A stretch of DNA of 64,000 nucleotides from Schmidtea polychroa (taxonomy: Eukaryota). This document shows positions 58,679-64,000 of this stretch, in pieces; the stretch's first letter is position 1; each line of letters opens with the position of its first letter. The notes below the pieces were generated by a model, which did not search any database, was not told where the DNA came from, and saw only the letters and a list, made by a program, of their open reading frames with translations. The stretch covers positions 17,238,001 through 17,302,000 of the forward strand of contig CM097885.1 in assembly GCA_044892525.1 (NCBI GenBank), in the 5' to 3' direction. Position numbers and translations under genes: made by a program.

Positions 58679-59701
58679 TTATTTTACGAAAATGTAGTGT
58701 TAAATGTGTTTTGGTGTCTTTTGAAAATTTAACTTGTTTTCCACTATCGTTGCGAATATTAATTTCAATGTTGTTTATAGATGAAGTTGAAATTGGAAGG
58801 TACATTGGATTCTTTATTTCTAACTGTACTACCTCTCCCTGTTCATATCTTTTAATCCATATCGATTTTAATAGAGGAACTCTTACATCACCAACATTTA
58901 TTGGTTCAATGATATTTGAATAAATAAACATTTGTTGATGAATTTTAAATATTTTTGGAATTTTCACACCAACAAAGTCTTTTTCAATATAAGTTTGATT
59001 CTTTAATCCTAAAGCCTTTGTTAATTTTTGATCAAAGGTGATATTTGAAATATTATCTACAAGTGTTATTTTTACCAATTCTTGATTTTGAAGATTTATT
59101 TCTTTAAATGGAGATGGATTAATTGTCATTAAATACCCTCGCAACTCTGATAAAGTAGTTAAGAATAATTCATCTTCAAAATAATGTTCGAATTTTGTCT
59201 TGATATCGTAATTTATAGTTATTCCAATTTGTTCAATGATATTATTTTCAGTAAATTTAGGTAATTTAATTCGACAATGGTCAGTTTTGCTAATGATTGA
59301 TATGGTTTTTAATTCAAACTTAGATGCATGTTTGGTGTCAAGAAATGATATTTTAAATGGAACATGTGGACAAACTATCACTAAGTTTTCATATCTTTCC
59401 AAGAACACATCAACATCTGGATTGTATGTAGAATTTAAAATTTCTAAGATTTTGTTTTGATTATAGATTTCAAGTATTTAGTTTCTTCGCATGATTTTTT
59501 AAATTCGTATTGTATCCATGAATTACTGTAATACGGAAAATGATTATACACAAATGTAAAATCAATCAAAGCTACTTCCCACTTCCCATTCAAATAAATT
59601 GGGTTTTGAAATTCAACTTTAAAATTACTAGCATTATTATCAGGATAAATAAGAGGACAACTATTACTAGGTAAAATCATATAAAACTGGTTTTCCTTCA
59701 T
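58671..59701 (-). pseudogene. Polinton minor capsid (penton) protein, one frameshift
   Basis: FYMILPSNS..YPDNNASNFKV..L.GKWEVAL at the N-terminus; MFIYSNIIEP..VGD..VPLL..NPMYLP..IEINIRNDSG..LHFRK at the C-terminus. Confidence 0.88.
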
Positions 59702-59706
59702 AATAT

Positions 59707-60823
59707 TTATTTAATCAATTGGTTTTCGGATATCCAGCTAGGATTTTTATAACCATGCCATTTCACATAGTATTGTTTATATTTCCTGTCTGATTTAGTT
59801 TTTAAAATCTCTTGAATTCTGAAGATTGTGGGTGATGGAATGACTTGTAGTTCTTTTTCGTAGAATTTGTCACTGACTTGATCGTTTTCATTATCTGTAA
59901 TAAAGTACATGACCGGATTTCGATTAGTATGTATTTTCGATATTTTAAAAACTTCATCACTCCAATTGTTTTCAAAATTCTTGATGAATGGAGAAGCACT
60001 GATTTTACTTATTCTAACATGGTCTCCAACTTTATATTTCGACGTTTTTTTTGATTTATCTTGTTGTGATATCCAAGTATCAATATTATTTGTTGAATAA
60101 ATATCGATTGGTTTCATTCCATTTATTCCTCTATGAGGTGAAAAATTGTAACTGTAAATTATTTTCGACAATACATTTATCCACGTTTTATCGACTTGAT
60201 ATTCAAAATATTTTTTCAAACGATCTCTTAAAGTACGATTGAATCTTTCCACGTGTGCTGCTTTATATTGTGAAAATACTGAGTAATGATTTATTCCTTT
60301 GACAATTTCTTTAACTTTGCTATTATAAAATTCTACCTAAATTTAAAATTAATTAAAATTATTTAATTTATAATTTTACCCAAATCTGTTTGTAAATTAC
60401 GAGGCTGTCCGTCAGCAAATAATGTTTTTAATGAATCAGCCATTTCATTAGCTGATTTAGATTTTGTCGGGATAGCACGAGCGTATCTACTAAATACATC
60501 AATACATGTCAAAATATATTTGTATCCTTTATTAATTTTTGAAAATGGAATCATTTCCATTAAATACATTTGCCATAAATCATTAACACCAAATGTTTTA
60601 TAAGATCTCGTGGGGAATCTTTTTAACATTGGTTTATTTAGACTGTAGGCTAATTGATTAGATAACCATTTTTGAGTTTCTTTCTTTGATTTATTTACTC
60701 TTTTTGCAAGTTTTTCTACACCACCAAAACCATCTGGATCTTTCAGGTTTGTCCAAATCGTTTCGAGTTTTTCTCTAATATTTTCTTCTTTGATTTGACC
60801 TTTTTGAAAAATGTTTCCTTCAT
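59707..60823 (-). pseudogene. Polinton retroviral-like integrase with C-terminal chromodomain-like tail and a 43-nt intron (60379-60337)
   Basis: P..FGGVEKL, WQM(D>Y)L, ILTCIDVFSRYA, LQTDLG|EFYN, KAAHVERFNRTL, YYVKWHGY..SWI; frameshifts. Confidence 0.9.
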
Positions 60824-60914
60824 TATTACAACATGATGTTAATATATTTAAATCTAAATTATGTTTATCCGGTAATGAATCCTTAGCAGCAATTATTTCT
60901 ATGATATTATATTT

Positions 60915-61240
60915 TTAAGAATTTAATGACGAAATAGTGCTTATAGCCGATAATACAATTGGAATTAATGTACCTAAAATCCGCCTTGTTGTTTATATAT
61001 TATTTTTCTCATTAGATTTCTATTTTTGGTGTTAACTAATGATAAAAGAGATTTCTTATGTCTTTTTAATACAACCTTTTAGCTTTACTAATATTTACAT
61101 TTCCATGAACTATGTTAACAATAGCTTCAAGTAAATCATCAATAACAAATGATGGAAAAGCTTGTAATATACTCGTCCTTTTATTATTTGGAGCATTTAG
61201 CAAGGCGTTAAAATATGGTAAGCTACGTTGTAATTTCATT
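60915..61240 (-). pseudogene. Polinton small basic core protein with a QQGG motif
   Basis: MKLQRSLPYFNALL..LLEAIVNIVHGNV..LKRHKKSL..YKQQGG followed by a hydrophobic LIPIVLSAI segment; frameshifted. Confidence 0.6.
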
Positions 61241-61270
61241 GCCAATGATGTATTTTATTAATTAATTTGT

Positions 61271-61408
61271 TTATAATTTAATCCAACTCTTCCTTTTCAT
61301 TGATTTTTTAGTCATATTTGTAGTTTTTTCTTTCCGTTTAGTATTTCTTTTGTTTTCTTTCTGCTTTGTAACTTTTTCACGTTGAACTATAACTTTTTTA
61401 AATGACAT
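61271..61408 (-). CDS. Very basic 45-aa peptide, putative DNA-binding core protein
   Basis: MSFKKVIVQREKVTKQKENKRNTKRKEKTTNMTKKSMKRKSWIKL, directly downstream of the ATPase. Confidence 0.45.
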   Translation of the reverse strand: MSFKKVIVQREKVTKQKENKRNTKRKEKTTNMTKKSMKRKSWIKL

Positions 61409-61429
61409 TTTTAAATAATAATAATAATG

Positions 61430-62059
61430 TATTTCATTTTTGTTTATAAATCGTAACACCTTTATCATTGAAAATATCTGTTCTAACACGTAAATCATCT
61501 GGACATTGTTAAGTAAAGTCGAAAAATAAATACCCATGTACTATCTTTGTTGCATCTTGAAAGGATTCAATTAAATTCTATCATCTTCTATCATTAGGAT
61601 AAGCCTGTCTTGCGAGAAAATCAATTATAGTTGCGTCTCGAGGATTTTTGAAAATAACTAAATATTGTACATTCAAATTACGCGTTCGATGACTTCCGCC
61701 TTGATGAAATAAATTTTGTGTTATAAAAATTACCGTTACTCCGATATGTCTACTGATTTTTGTAAATAAATTATTAAAATCTTTCTCTTTATTTGCTTCC
61801 TGATATAAATCATCAATAATTATAGCATCACCTTGTTGTAATCTAGATGACCAATTTTTTTCAAATCCCTTCATTATATTCATTTTTAATTTACAAAACT
61901 GATCTTGTGTCATACAATGCTCGTCATCAGCTCCCTTATGCCAGTATATTTTATTAAATTTTGATTTGAACATATTCGATTGTAATAATTTACAAACAAA
62001 TAAAGTTTTTCCACTACCAGTAGGACAATTTGATAAACGGCATCATTTCTTAATTCCAT
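61430..62059 (-). pseudogene. A32/FtsK-like genome packaging ATPase
   Basis: Walker A PTGSGKT (frameshifted just upstream), Walker B IIIDDL, ITQNLF, RTRNLNVQYLVIFKNPRD; premature stops. Confidence 0.92.
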
Positions 62060-62148
62060 CTTAATTAATCTAATTTCATTAATATTATTGTTTATATTTG
62101 TTTAAATTTAATATTATAAGTATATAAAAATTATTTAAATTTTATTAC

Positions 62149-62595
62149 ATGACTTCATTATTATTGAGCAACATTAATTATAAAGATAAGTGTTTAGTCA
62201 AAAACATGAAATTCCCATTAGGTAAACCCCAACAAGTTGTGGATAGAAGTGGGATGTATCCAATTATATTTTTCAAGTTGGGTAGATGTCGGATAATGGG
62301 ATGCAAGCAACCTCTTAAATTAGTTGATTTGAAATATAAGATACAAGATTTACAAATTCAGTCCATTACAGTAACTGCTGATATCGAAAAATTTATAAAT
62401 TTATACGAATTACAACATAAAACTAAATGTGTGTTTGATCCAGAAATATTTCCCGCCTTACGTCTTCAAAAATATAATCCAGTTTGTGTTAATGTATTTT
62501 CAAGCGGGAAGGTTTTATTACATAGAATAAAAACTTTAGAATATAATCACTATGTAGAGAACATTATCTCAGAAATTAAAATGTTAATTAATTAA
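62149..62595 (+). CDS. TATA-binding-protein-like protein (148 aa, intronless) encoded inside Polinton B
   Basis: IQSITVTADIEKFINLYEL..FDPEIFPALRLQKYNPVCVNVFSSGKVLL matches TBP repeat 2 (IQNIV.S.D..FPI.LE.L..YEPELFPGL.YR...P....LIF.SGKVV); degenerate repeat 1 IFFKLGRCRIMGCK. Confidence 0.8.
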   Translation: MTSLLLSNINYKDKCLVKNMKFPLGKPQQVVDRSGMYPIIFFKLGRCRIMGCKQPLKLVDLKYKIQDLQIQSITVTADIEKFINLYELQHKTKCVFDPEIFPALRLQKYNPVCVNVFSSGKVLLHRIKTLEYNHYVENIISEIKMLIN

Positions 62596-62637
62596 TTAAT
62601 TTTGTTTGTATTGATTTTGTTTTTAGTAATAAGAAAA

Positions 62638-63024
62638 ATGTCAAAAGGTAAAGAATATATTTTTATTTATAATTAATAATCTTTATATCTAGTTTACTTA
62701 TTTGAAGTAATTTTAAAGAAGTTTCAAGAATTATACCCAGGAATAAGAAATACCATAGATTATTGTGCACCAGAGTTACTTATAAATAAAATATTTCGCT
62801 TAACAGGTATTAATATAGAACAACTTTTAGAGTTGCACTACGTTATGGTTCTGAGGTCTGACACTAGATGCATTGAAAATTGTATTGTTTGCAAAGATTC
62901 TATGAGATTGTCATGCCCCAATGGGTGTCCATGCTGTCACGACTTTAAAAGGGATCAATCAGTTCATATCTTATTAGCTGAAATGCGTAAAGCATACTAC
63001 ACAGATGTATTTAACTTGAAATAA
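62638..63024 (+). CDS. Two-exon Cys-rich accessory protein (62638-62647, 62693-63024; 113 aa)
   Basis: A 45-nt GT-AG phase-1 intron gives the open frame MSKVYLFEVILKKFQELYPG...CIENCIVCKDSMRLSCPNGCPCCH...FNLK*. Confidence 0.6.
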
Positions 63025-63049
63025 AATGTTTTATATAATTTTTAAATTT

Positions 63050-63657
63050 TTAATATTATCTGTGTGTGAATTATAACCGAGTGGTTATCACATTCATTGT
63101 CATCATTATAGTACTCGGGTTCAAATATATGTATGTATGACGTTTCTTATATAATTATAATACAATAAATATATATCTATAATAAAATTATAGAATTATG
63201 TAACACCATACCACCCCCTGGGTACCCATACAAATATTACGTAATAATATATATCCTGAGATATTTGGTTTGGTTTATACTCCTCACTTGTCACTACTCT
63301 ATCAAAATGTATAGAGTTTTTCCTGAGATATTTGGCTTGGTTTATACTCCTCACTACTCTAATAAAGTATAATTATTATGTAAGAGGTCAAAGGTCAATT
63401 ATTATATAAGGGATCAAAGGTCAATTAGTATGCAAGAGGTCAATGGACAATTATTGCACAATGGGGTCAGATAGGACATGAAATTAAAAAATCAAATGTT
63501 ACGTAAACAACACATCATTACATCGCCTTATATACGATTACGTAATTTTACAGAATTATGTAACACCATACAACCCCAGAGTACCCAATCAAATATTACG
63601 CAATACTGTATATCCTGGGATATTGGAATTGGTTTATACTCCTCACTTGTCACTACT
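63050..63657. repeat. Right TIR of Polinton B with three terminus-like copies
   Basis: GGTTTATACTCCTCAC(TTGTCAC)TACT ends at about 63298, 63358 and 63657; AGGTCAA repeats at 63380-63445. Confidence 0.85.
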
Positions 63658-64000
63658 AATGAAATTTTTCAGATGTTTGAAGTAACGAAGATTCCGTATT
63701 TTAATATCCTCAGTATAGATTTTGATTTTGGAAACAAATGCTTTCCATATCTCATAAAGCTCCATAACCGTTTGTCCAACACCTTGCAGATGTAAATTAA
63801 ACTCGCCGAGGTGAGCTATAAAACATAAGTTTTATAAGCCACTGTGTGTCTTCAAGTTCGGAATATCTTCCAGATTTTTCTTCCAAAAAGACTTTGATTG
63901 AGTCGAAGCATCCAACAAACCTTTCCAGAACTTTACCGCAACTTAGCCATCCAACGTTGCGGTGAAGAGGTATGTGCTGATATGCACTCTCCATCTCTTG

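Overview
Very AT-rich eukaryotic genomic DNA with ~45-nt GT-AG introns and long (AAT)n/(TA)n microsatellites. This looks like a triclad flatworm such as Schmidtea or Dugesia, but that is inference only. Three host genes are supported: the 5' half of mitochondrial citrate synthase (minus strand, running off the left edge), a CCAR1/DBC1-family gene (plus) and a small intact 3-exon securin-like gene (minus). Most of the rest is nested transposons, many resolvable to the base by their TSDs: hATm/hATx-type, Buster/SPIN-type hATs and MITEs, piggyBac, Tigger/pogo, Chapaev3, a young but defective Gypsy, and several solo LTRs. One solo LTR is 5.1 kb and carries its own AT-hook and coiled-coil ORFs. The right third holds two Polinton/Maverick families inserted in one hAT element. 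Polinton A is non-autonomous, has long TIRs packed with AP-1 and AGGTCA motifs, and carries an IAP-type RING gene. Polinton B is a decayed virus-like copy (pPolB, protease, major and minor capsid, integrase, packaging ATPase, core proteins) that also carries an intact TATA-binding-protein-like gene and spliced accessory genes. The Polinton-borne TBP-like gene and the protein-coding giant LTR family are the most unusual observations. All family calls come from motif recognition by eye; no searches were run.
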